Positions 52,935-63,445 of a stretch of 64,000 bases of DNA are shown one piece after another. Position 1 is the first letter of the stretch. Each line of letters opens with the position of its first letter. This stretch comes from Naegleria gruberi (Eukaryota), in assembly GCA_000004985.1 (NCBI GenBank), contig GG738850.1; one strand, given 5' to 3'. The notes beneath the pieces were generated by a model. That model had not been told where the DNA came from and made no database searches. It saw nothing but the letters and a program-made list of their open reading frames with translations. The translations under genes were made by a program, and so were the position numbers.

Positions 52935-54280
52935 TTAGAATTGAAAGGAGGCACCCTGAAGGAACATTTGTAACATGTCTTCATTGGAAAGGAATGGATC
53001 AAAATTATCTGAATCGCAATTAGTTGTTGGACTCTCTAAACAACTTGAATTGTTGGTTGGTGTGGTTTTCAAAGTATTTTCCTGTCTCTTGTGGAGAATT
53101 TCCTCAATTTCTGTTATTATCGAATTGTAATCCACTTCCACTCTCTTGTATTTCTTTCCCATTGATTTGAGAGCCGTATAATCCTTTTCTAGAATTTGAT
53201 AATAATCAATTGGAACTATGGCATTATCAAGAGTAACTCCTGTTAATAAATTCTGACGGAGACCCTGTTCAATTTTGTTAACAATTCTCAAATGAACTCT
53301 GGCAGCCATAGCAATGTAGGTCAGTACAACCACTGAAAAGTAGGAAAACAAGTCTTGTTCTGTGAGGAGTGTGATCTTTAAAGCAGCTTCCTCTACTGTT
53401 GGACAGTCGCCATAACCTGCTTTGGTTAAGAGACTGATTTTCACACCATTGGAAATGATGGATTTAAATAATTCAGTTGCTCTTGCCTTAGTTTCATCTG
53501 ATTCTTCATCCTTATCTTTGCAAACCATATGTTTTCTAATAAAAGTTCCTACAACCTCGAATAATCTCAAATGTTCATGATAATTTTCTGGTGTAATTGG
53601 CTGTTGGAGGGCTTTTGCAATCTCTGGTGGAAGCTTCTCAGAGGTGAAATATTCAAAAATCTTTGGAAAGTCCTTAACCATCATGCTTAAACAAAATTCA
53701 TTATTTGATAGGAAAATATCCATCATGAATAGTCCCTTCTTGAATGCCAATTCATTTTGATTCAATTCTTCATCCTTTTTTCCATCAACGTAACATCTTG
53801 CAGCTCCAATATAGAATTTACACAAACTTCTTTTCCCAGATCCAGATTCATAAGAGGCCAGTAACGAATAGGTGCATGCAACATTGAAATTATCAACAAC
53901 AGTGTCAAAAAATGGTGCCAACAAATCTCTAGATTTCTTAATAGAGGCCTCTGCTGTAGAAATTCCAAGTCTTTGCTCAACCAATCCCTTAATAGCATAA
54001 AAGAGGGCATGAATTTCCTTCTTGTCACTTCTTTGTAAAATGTGATCTTCCAACATTTTCCTATCAATTGTTCCATTTTCATGAAGAGAGTAGAAAAATT
54101 CAATCACTTCCTTTTTAGAGAGTTTTTGAGGAGTTTTCTGGTTTAACACATTTGAGGAAGGTTTTGATTTCTTTGTTTTTTGCTGTTGATTATTCTTGTG
54201 ATATCTCATTCTCTTTGGAGTTTTATATTCACATGTAATACCCTTCTCTGAACATCTATCACATATTGGTAATACCTTTG
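52935..54280 (-). CDS. Zn(II)2Cys6 (Gal4-type) zinc-cluster transcription factor, exon 2 (second half of zinc cluster plus fungal-type TF middle region)
   Basis: Frame open upstream of track Met (54209) to acceptor AACAG at 54281-54285. Encodes (T)KVLPICDRCSEKGITCEYKTPKR..., then a roughly 400-aa alpha-helical region typical of fungal zinc-cluster factors. Confidence 0.8.
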
Positions 54281-54371
54281 CTGTTAATTTTCAAGAGAAA
54301 AAAAAATAACACCATGTCACATTAACACATATCAGTTATATAACTATAATAAGTAAAAGATAGAAACATAC

Positions 54372-54840
54372 TACAAAACTTGTGAACTTTGCGACATTGT
54401 TCACAAGCAATTGGGTGAAAGTTGGGAGAAGTATCAGTTGTTGCTGTTTCATGTTCATTATCATTGACAGTATTTGCTCCAATACGTTGTTGCTCATTAT
54501 TATTACTGTAATTACTACCACCACTATGATTATGATTATTCGTACTAATAGATGCATTATTGGTTGGATAATTTGTATGATTATACATTGGATTTTGGCT
54601 ATGCCCACTTTGCATCAATCCCGATAAGGAAGATGAAGTTGTTAGTGGGGATGTTGTTGGATACTGAAGAGATTGAAAGTAGGAAAAATCTTGAGGCTCT
54701 CCAATCATGGATAGTCGTGGTAATAGTGAAGAGGATGATGATGGCTGTTGTTGTTGTTGGTGCATTCTTTTTCTTCTTGTTGTAACTGAAGTTATTCTTA
54801 GAGCGCCAATACCGATGATTGGTTGCGGATTTGTCGTCAT
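54372..54840 (-). CDS. Zn2Cys6 transcription factor exon 1 (S/N/Q-rich N-terminus and first half of zinc cluster ACEQCRKVHKFC)
   Basis: ATG at 54840. Ends in phase 1 at GTATGT (54371-54366). A 91-nt intron. The spliced product has CX2CX6CX6CX2CX6C (C-EQ-C-RKVHKF-C-TKVLPI-C-DR-C-SEKGIT-C), the canonical binuclear cluster. Length 1815 nt, 605 codons. Confidence 0.7.
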
Positions 54841-54970
54841 TAGAGCTTGTGTGGGTTACGCGTATTGCTTCTTTCTTGGAATGCATTAAGCATCTCAAGA
54901 AGATTATTCAATAAATCACAAAGCCGACTTCCTCTACTTTCGTATATTTCTTTCAAACTCATCCAAAATT

Positions 54971-57241
54971 TTATTGACTAATTTCCATAACCTTCTTGTA
55001 TCTTTCAATGAGTTGAGGTGTAATTGGCCATTTTTCCTTTCCCTTTTCATTTTGTAAAAAGTAGACATGAGTTGGGAATGGCAGAGTCCAATAACGTTTC
55101 TCATTCTCTTTAAAGTGTTGCATACCAATGACATATTCGTGTTTTCCTTGCTCGGCTAATAAGTGACCCGTACAGAGTGGTGTCGAATCTGGATGAAGCA
55201 TTCTGCCATACTCTGTATCAGTCCACTCTGGTACGAATACTGCAAAAGAAAGAGGTTCGTCTGAGGCTTTCAATAATTGTAAGCAGTATTCTGCAGTCTT
55301 GTTCATGACTTCCAGTGTATATGGAGGTCCACATTCAAAGAAACCTTGAGTAGGTCTAAATTCAAAGAATGATCCTCTCGATCCAAAATAAACATCCGTA
55401 TCAGGGAAAGCACTGCAAAATGAGCTAAAGTAACAATTAATTGGGGAAGCAAAGCATTCGTGACAAACATTGAATTCCTTATAGAGAAATTCAAATCCCT
55501 TCTCAGGTAAAGCTGCATGGAAATTTGCACCTTCTTCACTCTCAGAATCACCAAAAAAGGTTTGATATCTTCTCAATAATGCATAGAGTCTATATGGGAA
55601 AATCTTTAAATCTGGATCAATTTCTTGATTGTGCTTTTGATAGAGCAATCTCAACTTGTTAAAATGTACCAAGTTCAATTTAAATGAATCAACAACAGTT
55701 CCTTCACTATACAATTCTACTATACAGAGTGGTTCAGAATCATTCTCAATATATTCTAATTTAATTAACCATTCACTTTCAGAGAGTGGTTTCCTAGTTG
55801 AGATGAGTTCATCCAATTCTTGTGTAATCTTCTTGGAATGTTCAACGAGACGAGCACAAACCTCATCTACTCGTTCCTTAAGGGCATCCTTGAAGAGTGA
55901 TGTACAATTGCTTGTCAAGTCCTTTTGCTTTTGCTCAAGGGTTGCCAAGTCAAATTTATGCCTAGAATTTTGATCCAAAAATTCTTTCAATTCTTTCAAT
56001 TCTTGTCCAATCTTTTCACAAATTTCTCTTCCAGTATCATTTGTTGTATCTAATTCTGCAAAGAACCTCTTGATTTTTTGTAACCAATCCAATCCATTCA
56101 TATAATAGCTGTCAAGAGATTTTGAGGCTTGAGCAATTCCTCTGCATCTGAGTCTACTTGGAATTTCAGAATAGATTTCTGCCTTTAAAACAGGACTTTC
56201 AATGGCAAATTCAGGTCTCTTTAAGAGTGAATCATGTGTTGATTGCTTTTCCACAACTGCTGTTCCATTTTCATCAACTAGTTGATTGTTAACAGAGGAT
56301 AATTGTTCAAAGAGCCATCTATTCAGAGATTCTTTAGGTGCTTCCAAACCAAAAAGTAATTCTTTCACATCATCCTCATAGAGATTTCTCAACTCTTTGA
56401 TTTTTTTGAATCTATGATATTCAATAAAGGATGCAAAAGGAGCATTACTGGTACCTTCCTTCTCAGCTGTTTCAAAGAATCGTTTACGTTGCTCATCACC
56501 ATTAGATTTCATATCCGTGTCAGTATATTGATGAGAAAAATTCCAAATCGGAATATTATTTCTGAGAGGAACCTTGTCATCATGAGCTTTAATATTTAAA
56601 GTGTTGGAATCTAATCCTTGAGGAATGGCCTTGTTATATGATGATTGGTTGTTGTTATTGTATTTTCTATTCTTTGATCTATCATAATTATTACTATTAG
56701 AACGATCATTACGATCATTACGTGGTCTATAATCATTTCTATTTTCATTTCTATTATCATTTCTATTGTCGTAATCACGTCTCTTTCTATTATCGTTTCT
56801 ATCATTCCTATCATTTCTATCTGATGAACGTGAATAATTATCATGATAGGATCTATTACTATAACTATTACTCGATGGTTGTTGATAATATTGATTATTA
56901 TCCCTACTAGAATATTGATTATCCCGTGGAGGAGCATAATAACCACCATATTGTTGAGGTGGAGGAGGATGATTATTTACATTTCCATAATGACCCATCT
57001 GGGGTGAAGGTCTTGCAGCAGGTGGTGTATAATGGCCTCCGTAAGCTTGCTCAAAATCACGAACATGCTGTTGTGGTGGTGGAGGATTTGGATTGTAGTA
57101 ATAATTATTGCCTCCTTGAGCTCCTACATAGCCATATTGTTGCTGTTGTTGTTGTTGTGGATGATGGTGATGTGGAGGACGACCCGAACCACCAGAAGAA
57201 TTATTGTTGTAGTATGGATTTTGGTGGTGATTATTACTCAT
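54971..57241 (-). CDS. PCIF1-like protein: low-complexity N-terminus (poly-Q/H, NDR repeats) and a conserved C-terminal domain with an N6-adenine-methyltransferase-like GPPY motif (756 aa)
   Basis: True ATG at 57241. C-terminal FNVCHECFASPINCYFSSFCSAFPDTDVYFGSRGSFFEFRPTQGFFECGPPYTLEV...; [DNSG]PP[YFW] signature. NDRNDRNDNRKRRDYDNRNDNRNENRNDYRPRNDRNDRS repeat block. Family assignment tentative. Confidence 0.6.
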   Translation of the reverse strand: MSNNHHQNPYYNNNSSGGSGRPPHHHHPQQQQQQQYGYVGAQGGNNYYYNPNPPPPQQHVRDFEQAYGGHYTPPAARPSPQMGHYGNVNNHPPPPQQYGGYYAPPRDNQYSSRDNNQYYQQPSSNSYSNRSYHDNYSRSSDRNDRNDRNDNRKRRDYDNRNDNRNENRNDYRPRNDRNDRSNSNNYDRSKNRKYNNNNQSSYNKAIPQGLDSNTLNIKAHDDKVPLRNNIPIWNFSHQYTDTDMKSNGDEQRKRFFETAEKEGTSNAPFASFIEYHRFKKIKELRNLYEDDVKELLFGLEAPKESLNRWLFEQLSSVNNQLVDENGTAVVEKQSTHDSLLKRPEFAIESPVLKAEIYSEIPSRLRCRGIAQASKSLDSYYMNGLDWLQKIKRFFAELDTTNDTGREICEKIGQELKELKEFLDQNSRHKFDLATLEQKQKDLTSNCTSLFKDALKERVDEVCARLVEHSKKITQELDELISTRKPLSESEWLIKLEYIENDSEPLCIVELYSEGTVVDSFKLNLVHFNKLRLLYQKHNQEIDPDLKIFPYRLYALLRRYQTFFGDSESEEGANFHAALPEKGFEFLYKEFNVCHECFASPINCYFSSFCSAFPDTDVYFGSRGSFFEFRPTQGFFECGPPYTLEVMNKTAEYCLQLLKASDEPLSFAVFVPEWTDTEYGRMLHPDSTPLCTGHLLAEQGKHEYVIGMQHFKENEKRYWTLPFPTHVYFLQNEKGKEKWPITPQLIERYKKVMEISQ

Positions 57242-57827
57242 ATTTTTTAAAATGTTGTCAAAGTCTTTTTTTAGCTCATCACGAATTATTTTTATTATTT
57301 TTAATTATTTCATTTTGTAAAGTTTAGATGAGATCGGAATTCATAACAATTGATAACATGAATAGCATTCAGATACAACAATTCTAAAAGATTTGAAAGA
57401 TCTCTCAGAATTTATTGTAAAACCTTAATGAAAATCCTCAAATTTTACCATTCATCCTCAATTTGGAACTACCTCAATCTAGAATTTCATCCCACAATAA
57501 GGAACAACCAACAAACCTTTGATTTACCGTCCATTTCAAGAACTTCCATTGTAAAGACACTTCCAAAAATCTTCAATTTTAAACTATTAATACATTGTAC
57601 AGCGATCATCATTTCATGCACGACTTTGATTTATCATCTTAAAAAAATAGAGTTTCATCTCCGACAAGAGATTTACATCGAGGAAGATCTGCATCTGAGG
57701 AGGGATTGTGTTTCTAGGATTTCCCTTTATTCTTGTTATTTTCATTGTTATTGTTGTTTTTTAAATTATTTAAAATATATATAGATCGGTTATTGTACAT
57801 AATATACATAAATATAGAGTGAGAAAC

Positions 57828-58988
57828 ATGTTGAATCGTTTCAGAATAAGAAGGTTTTTTAATAATATTAATTATTATTATTTGGGAATTATTTGTTGTT
57901 TGATGATGGCAATGATCGGAGGAGTGATGGCACAGAGTGGAGGAGAGTTTATTCATCCACATGGGCATCATCATGATCATTACAAGGTTCTAAATCATAG
58001 TGTGGCTCTACTTTTTGAGGGAAGAGAAAAGGAATCCTTCTTTTCCATTCCAGAGGAAAGAACCAAGCTGATTGCCATGATTAAACCAGAACTTGAAATT
58101 CATACTGATGTTTATGATATTTATATTAGGACAACTTTGTATTCATATATTGCTTTCACAATATCTTATTTGGTGTTGAGAATGATTATTGTTCCGAGCT
58201 TGTTAAAGTTGCTTGGAAAGAGTTATGTTGAATATTTTCAAAAGAGTGTTACACCATACGAAAAGGCACATCACAGTCAAGTTGCCCTAAGCTTTGCTCA
58301 TGCCATTATTGCAACTGTTGGATCATATTATTGTACTATTCATATTTATGGAATGGATTTGTTGAATTTTGCATTGCAAAATGCATACAATCAACCATTC
58401 GATTTGGAGATTTTCAAAACTAGACATTGGTTCTTGGCAATTACATTGGGATACTTTATTGCTGATTTGACATTTTACTTTTTCAATCACTTTCATCCAT
58501 TCTCTCCGAACGATCAAAATTCCCTTTCACATGTTCTTGGTGTCATGATTAAGCAAGCATTCAGTTTGGATTTGCTTCATCACTATATCAGTTGCTTGGC
58601 TTACGTTTACTTCTTCTCGATCAATGTTGGAAGCTTTTTGATCATTTCATTCGAGATTAATGAAATTAGTACACCATTCTTACATGTGAGATATTATGCT
58701 AGACAGTGGGAACAAACCAGCAAATGGTGGTATCACTTGAATCAAGCTTGCTTTGTAGTCACATTCTTTGTTTCAAGAATTCTTTACAATGGCGTATTGA
58801 TGTATTTTGTGTTTTGGTCACAATTCCACAGATCTGTTCTCTTCCCAGTATTACAAGTTGACAGCACTGCACTCATTTCATCCTTTGTTTTCCCAATTCT
58901 TTATTATGGAGTTCAATGTTTGTGGTGGATTGCCATCTCTAAAATTATTATTGGAAAGATTACTGGAGCCAAGCAAAAGGAAGAATAA
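57828..58988 (+). CDS. multi-pass membrane protein, TLC (TRAM/LAG1/CLN8)-like topology (387 aa)
   Basis: Track ORF starts with GTG at 57819; first ATG at 57828. N-terminal signal-like helix, His-rich stretch (HPHGHHHDHY), then about 6 hydrophobic helices with conserved-looking W/H residues (HHYISCLAYVYFF). Family tentative. Confidence 0.5.
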   Translation: MLNRFRIRRFFNNINYYYLGIICCLMMAMIGGVMAQSGGEFIHPHGHHHDHYKVLNHSVALLFEGREKESFFSIPEERTKLIAMIKPELEIHTDVYDIYIRTTLYSYIAFTISYLVLRMIIVPSLLKLLGKSYVEYFQKSVTPYEKAHHSQVALSFAHAIIATVGSYYCTIHIYGMDLLNFALQNAYNQPFDLEIFKTRHWFLAITLGYFIADLTFYFFNHFHPFSPNDQNSLSHVLGVMIKQAFSLDLLHHYISCLAYVYFFSINVGSFLIISFEINEISTPFLHVRYYARQWEQTSKWWYHLNQACFVVTFFVSRILYNGVLMYFVFWSQFHRSVLFPVLQVDSTALISSFVFPILYYGVQCLWWIAISKIIIGKITGAKQKEE

Positions 58989-59442
58989 TTTATTTTGTAA
59001 ATTAAAATTGTACATAAAATCACTTTTAATGAACTCTAGTGATTAGTGATAGACAGTCAACCAAAATATGATAACTAGAAATATATTACAACCTTTATTC
59101 TATAGGATAGAATTGAATCCTGTTTATTGAGGCAAATTAATTACTGGATTCTTTTCAATTAAAAATTGTCTTCAATGAATTCTATAACAATGGAGATCAC
59201 GACAATATCTTTATTCCGTATTCAAAAGACACGTATTCCATTCGGAAGGATTAAAGATATCCAATTTCAGATTCTGTTAATTGGATGTTCTCGGTAGGAC
59301 TCATTTTGAAATCCAACTTCTGCTTTCCCAATTACTCCTCTGACTAAATTGGAAATTTATTGCAAACTATCTCTAATGCTTAAAGCCGTTTCAGAAATGT
59401 ATGAGTAAACATACAATTCTGACTTGAAACTATTCGAAAGGA

Positions 59443-59736
59443 TCACCTCATAACGATTTCAATCAATTCTCGAATGCTTTCTGTAAGAAAGCTGTCGATT
59501 TTCATCATGTATTGAAGGTGTATATCAAGCAATCGAAAGTCCTCATGGCCTCTCTCTAAACAACATTCACATTCCCAACCATTAATACACCATGATGTTG
59601 TATCTGATTGTAGACTAATCTCAATATCTTCTAATTCAAAGAAGTGAAACGAACTAAACACAAGTCCTAACACGCAAAAGACGATTTGCATTATGACCTG
59701 TATGATGTTTTTTTTGTGGAATGAAATCAACATTGC
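59443..59736 (-). CDS. possible small Cys-rich membrane protein (~97 aa), weakly supported
   Basis: ATG-initiated ORF MLISFHKKNIIQVIMQIVFCVLGLVFSSFHFF...WCINGWECECCLERGHEDF... nested in track ORF 59443..59856 (alternative start). No homology recognised. Confidence 0.2.
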   Translation of the reverse strand, partial: AMLISFHKKNIIQVIMQIVFCVLGLVFSSFHFFELEDIEISLQSDTTSWCINGWECECCLERGHEDFRLLDIHLQYMMKIDSFLTESIRELIEIVMR

Positions 59737-60104
59737 ACCACATTGGACTGTTCCAGGTTGGTTTCGAAGAAGGCCACGCAGCAACTTCCTTTCTGAGAAA
59801 GATTCCCTTGATCTCAACATGGGATAGAGTGGACAAACAATTAAGTACATGCTCAAAATCCCTTATAACTCCGTTACTTAATATCCACACACCAATATCG
59901 TCATCACCAACAAACTTGTTTTGTGACTCTTATTTCTCTTCCTATTCTCCATTCTCCATTCTCCATTGTCTTAGACATACAAAAACACACCAAGTAAGAT
60001 CAATGAAATTCTTCCTTCGAACATGAAGTGTGAACATTTTATATTACTGTAGTTGTAAATTATTTACAGTTGGGATCAAATTGATACAATCTTTTTACAA
60101 AAAA

Positions 60105-60911
60105 ATGCCTCGATTGATTGGTTGGATGAAACAATCACCTAGTAGGAATAACCAACAAGAAGCTGCGGATGATATTTCACAAGTTGTTTCAAAGTCGATA
60201 TCGGAAAGTTTAATTTCCACATCGGAAACAGTAGTGGAAAGTACTACCATCAAGAAATCTAATTCTACATGTATTATTGTCAAGACATCTTCTGATCTTT
60301 TTCTTGATGAAATTTCAATTCATATTGCTGAATATTTGGATTTGAAAAATTTAAATTCTTTTGCTCGAGTTGACTCGAATTTATTGAAATTATTATTTAA
60401 TAGACAAGTTAATGAAACAAAACCTATCAATTATGTATTGGACGAAAATTCAGATTTTGAAAGGATTCAATAATTAATTTGGAAACCTCTTGTTTTTCGT
60501 CATTTTCCCAATTTTGGAAAACAGTTAAATGTAAAAAATTGGATTCATGTTTTACAACGTAGATTAAGGCACATTAAAATCCACAAAAACAAATCATCTC
60601 ACTCATTCCAAATTCCCACTCCATCCTTTGCCAAAACAGTTGAAGATCAGAAATTTATTGAAAATTGTGAATGGATTTACAAATGCCCGCTGTCATTCAA
60701 ATCTCTAAAAGCTGATCCACAAGAATTAAATCTTTCTCATTGTAATGTTTGTAATAGAGAGGTGCATTTGGTTCATAACATGATTGAAATGAAATCCAAC
60801 TTAATGAAAGGAAATTGTGTTGCTTACTCAACTAAACCAATGATACCAGTAATGTTGGGATATATTGCACCACCTATTCCTCCACCATTACCACCACCTC
60901 CACCTGGTTGA
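60105..60911 (+). pseudogene. F-box protein paralog A, interrupted by an in-frame TAA (60471-60473); frame stays open and homologous to paralog B through 60911
   Basis: ATG at 60105 (MPRLIGWMKQ...). F-box-like LFLDEISIHIAEYLDLKNLNSFARVDSNLLKLLFNR. ...DFERIQ*LIWKPLVFRHFPNFGKQLNVKNWIHVLQRR...CEWIYKCPL...GNCVAYS...PPPLPPPPPG is collinear with paralog B (...DFERIQTLIWKPLVFHYFPKFGEKLNVKNYLHVLRRR...). The TAA aligns to the Thr codon ACT in B. Confidence 0.45.
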
Positions 60912-61131
60912 AAATTCCATCATGTAATTTTTCATGTTCTGTAAAGTTCTTCCTTTTTTATTATAGTAATTCTTGTTGATAAGTGACAGGTTGAGTAACA
61001 TTTACTATCCATCAAGATTTTGAAAGAAAATCGAACATACTACTGAATCAGATAAAAAAAGTGTTGGTATTAGAGAGCCACTTTCTAATATCTTTCTTGA
61101 GGAGATTGCTGTTTATGGGCAGTTTTTAGAG

Positions 61132-61746
61132 TTGAAGGATTTGAATAGTTTCGCTCAGGCAGATTCGAATACATTTAACCTATTTTTTAATAGAAATTTG
61201 AAGGATAAACAATCAAAGAATGTTGAATATGAAACAGATGAAATAATGGATTTTGAAAGAATTCAAACTTTGATTTGGAAACCTTTAGTTTTTCATTATT
61301 TCCCCAAATTTGGTGAAAAGCTGAATGTTAAAAATTATTTACACGTTTTGAGGAGAAGAATTCAATACATAAACCTTGGGAAACCACAACACATTAAAAT
61401 TGAAACTCCACAATTCACCAAAACAGTAGAAGATCAGCAATACATTGAAAATTGTGAATGGATTTACAAATGTCCACTGGAATATGACACTTTGAACACA
61501 ATGTTCTCTCACAATGATAGGAAGTTTTGCGAAGTATGTCAGAAGGATGTTTATCTAGTCGATGATATGTCAAATTTCAAGACACAAATCACTCAAGGAA
61601 ATTGTGTTGCTTACTCACCAAATCCAATCAAGAATATTCCAAGGCTTGTTGGTTCCATGGCTCCTCCAAGACCATTTATTATTCCTAATAATATCAACAC
61701 GACTCTTGTACCACCACCCCAAATCAATAGAATTTCCAAGAAATAA
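61132..61746 (+). CDS. F-box protein paralog B (C-terminal Cys-rich CEWIYKCPL...FCEVCQ...GNCVAYS and Pro-rich tail); 5' end unresolved
   Basis: Track ORF starts with TTG. The frame is open from 61024 and already encodes the F-box (PLSNIFLEEIAVYGQFLELKDLNSFAQADSN) with no in-frame ATG, so an upstream exon or start is missing from my model. Confidence 0.6.
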   Translation: MKDLNSFAQADSNTFNLFFNRNLKDKQSKNVEYETDEIMDFERIQTLIWKPLVFHYFPKFGEKLNVKNYLHVLRRRIQYINLGKPQHIKIETPQFTKTVEDQQYIENCEWIYKCPLEYDTLNTMFSHNDRKFCEVCQKDVYLVDDMSNFKTQITQGNCVAYSPNPIKNIPRLVGSMAPPRPFIIPNNINTTLVPPPQINRISKK

Positions 61747-61978
61747 TACTTTTTACAATTTTCAATATTTCTCTCAACATTCTTATCCTAAACACACTCC
61801 TTTACTACTTCAAATTTATTAAGTCTGAAGTGATGGTGGCCTAATAAGAACTGGAAAGTTAGGAAAATAGTCATTCTCGTCATTGTCAATTGTTCAATTA
61901 TCAGAATTCAAAAAAGATCAATATCTTGGAAACCATCATCAAGCAGTGAACGCCTTATTGTACAATAAATTAGAATTT

Positions 61979-62905
61979 TCATTTCTTATCAACTCGAGAC
62001 ATTTGAATTTGAATGGATGGAGAAACCCAAATACCACAAGAACATTGAGATCCACTCCACTTGTAAGCTCCAACTCTGTGTCCACATTTACAGAAAATTC
62101 TTCCTTCATCGCCATCCATTGAACCCATCCAATCTATCTTTTCTCCCAAATAGAGAGAAGTACAATTCTTTGAAGTCTTTGAAACTCCTCTCTTGGCATC
62201 CTTTCTCAATTTCTTATATTCAAAATCTTTGAGTCCTCTCTTCTCCGAAGGAGAATGTTCAATCAATTCACCTGTTGAGAATAATTTCAATCTACAAATT
62301 TGACAATAGTATTCGGCATTGGCTTCCTTCTTTTCGTTAATGTAAAATCTCAATTGTTCAACAAAGATTGGAGAAAGCCAATCATGAAGACTTTCCTCAA
62401 GATTTTCAGGTCTCAATCTTTCATGAATAAATTCAATACTCTTTTCAATTGTTAGCTTCTTCTCCTCGGTTAAGTAAAAAGCCAAAGCAACTACACAAGG
62501 GCTATAATCAGTCTCATAGTCAGTTCTTATTAAAATTCCAAATGGTTTATCATCGGTTTTACACTTGAAGGCTTGAACAAGAAAATTTAAACAGCCTTCC
62601 ATAAAATCAGGCACAGATTCTGTTGTTTCCAAAGAGCCAACAATACTTCCATACGAGAGAAGACAATGAATAATATCATGTTGTTTTTTAGTATTATTAC
62701 TATTTGGTGTTTGTTCATTTACTATTGGTTTATCATGAACCAAAGAAAGGACATGAGTGATGGAGTGTTCCTTTAAATTCTTAGCTAATGTACTATCAAT
62801 TTCTGACAAGCCAACAACAGCCACGGAATGATGGTTTGCCATGTAAATACTGCTGGTGATTTTGACACCAATCATGGAAGCAGGAGTTTCAGACATTTTT
62901 TTCAT
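61979..62905 (-). CDS. Yvh1/DUSP12-like dual-specificity phosphatase with C-terminal zinc-binding domain; catalytic HCxxGxxR motif degenerate
   Basis: First ATG at 62905 (MKKMSETPAS...); track start is a GTG. DSP-fold N-terminus, but the active-site region reads DYSPCVVALAFYL with no His or Arg. C-terminal Cys/His cluster YYCQICRLKLFS...FCKCGHRVGAYKWSGSQCSCGIW, typical of the Yvh1 zinc-binding domain. Confidence 0.7.
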   Translation of the reverse strand: MKKMSETPASMIGVKITSSIYMANHHSVAVVGLSEIDSTLAKNLKEHSITHVLSLVHDKPIVNEQTPNSNNTKKQHDIIHCLLSYGSIVGSLETTESVPDFMEGCLNFLVQAFKCKTDDKPFGILIRTDYETDYSPCVVALAFYLTEEKKLTIEKSIEFIHERLRPENLEESLHDWLSPIFVEQLRFYINEKKEANAEYYCQICRLKLFSTGELIEHSPSEKRGLKDFEYKKLRKDAKRGVSKTSKNCTSLYLGEKIDWMGSMDGDEGRIFCKCGHRVGAYKWSGSQCSCGIWVSPSIQIQMSRVDKK

Positions 62906-63445
62906 AAGTTCAAACAAAATTTTAACCACAACAATCTAGGAAGCTAAGGATCTAGATACTTGGTAATATATTATCTTGTAATATTTGTCATCAGCAATGG
63001 ACCTGTTATATCCTAGCAAAACAATTTAAATACAAAATTTTCTTATTTCCATCGATAGATTTGAGAAAATACGCGATATTCTATCGCCAGAGAAAAAAAG
63101 CTTTTTTTTGAGATGTGTCGCGCATGTGGTCGCTTGCGCAAAATTACTTGTGTGCTGCATAAACTCCAGTTAATGTTTTGAAAAAATATTTGCCAATCAA
63201 ACTCATCAAATCCCGCAAACATCAATTCTCTCTCTTCATCGCGCAGTTGATAATTGTTGGTTATTAAACTTGGACAACAACTTGTTTATATTGAGAGGAG
63301 TCAAACAATTTGATTAAATTGATAATTATCAACACTACCTCAATAACATTTAGGGAATCATCATCAAAATATTGGTTTTTATTGTAGATAGAAATAATTT
63401 GATAATATTACTACTCTTTCTAGTATTATTTCATAGCAAAACATC

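Noticed and set aside
54322-54371. C-terminal tail of track ORF complement(54322..54840) (...SMFLSFTYYSYITDMC)
   Set aside because: These residues are translated intron sequence beyond the GTATGT donor. The real exon ends at 54372.
60910-61030. Tiny first exon (ATGTTCT + GTAAAG...) for F-box paralog B
   Set aside because: Phases do not match any acceptor that avoids the in-frame TGA at 61021-61023. Left unresolved rather than forced.
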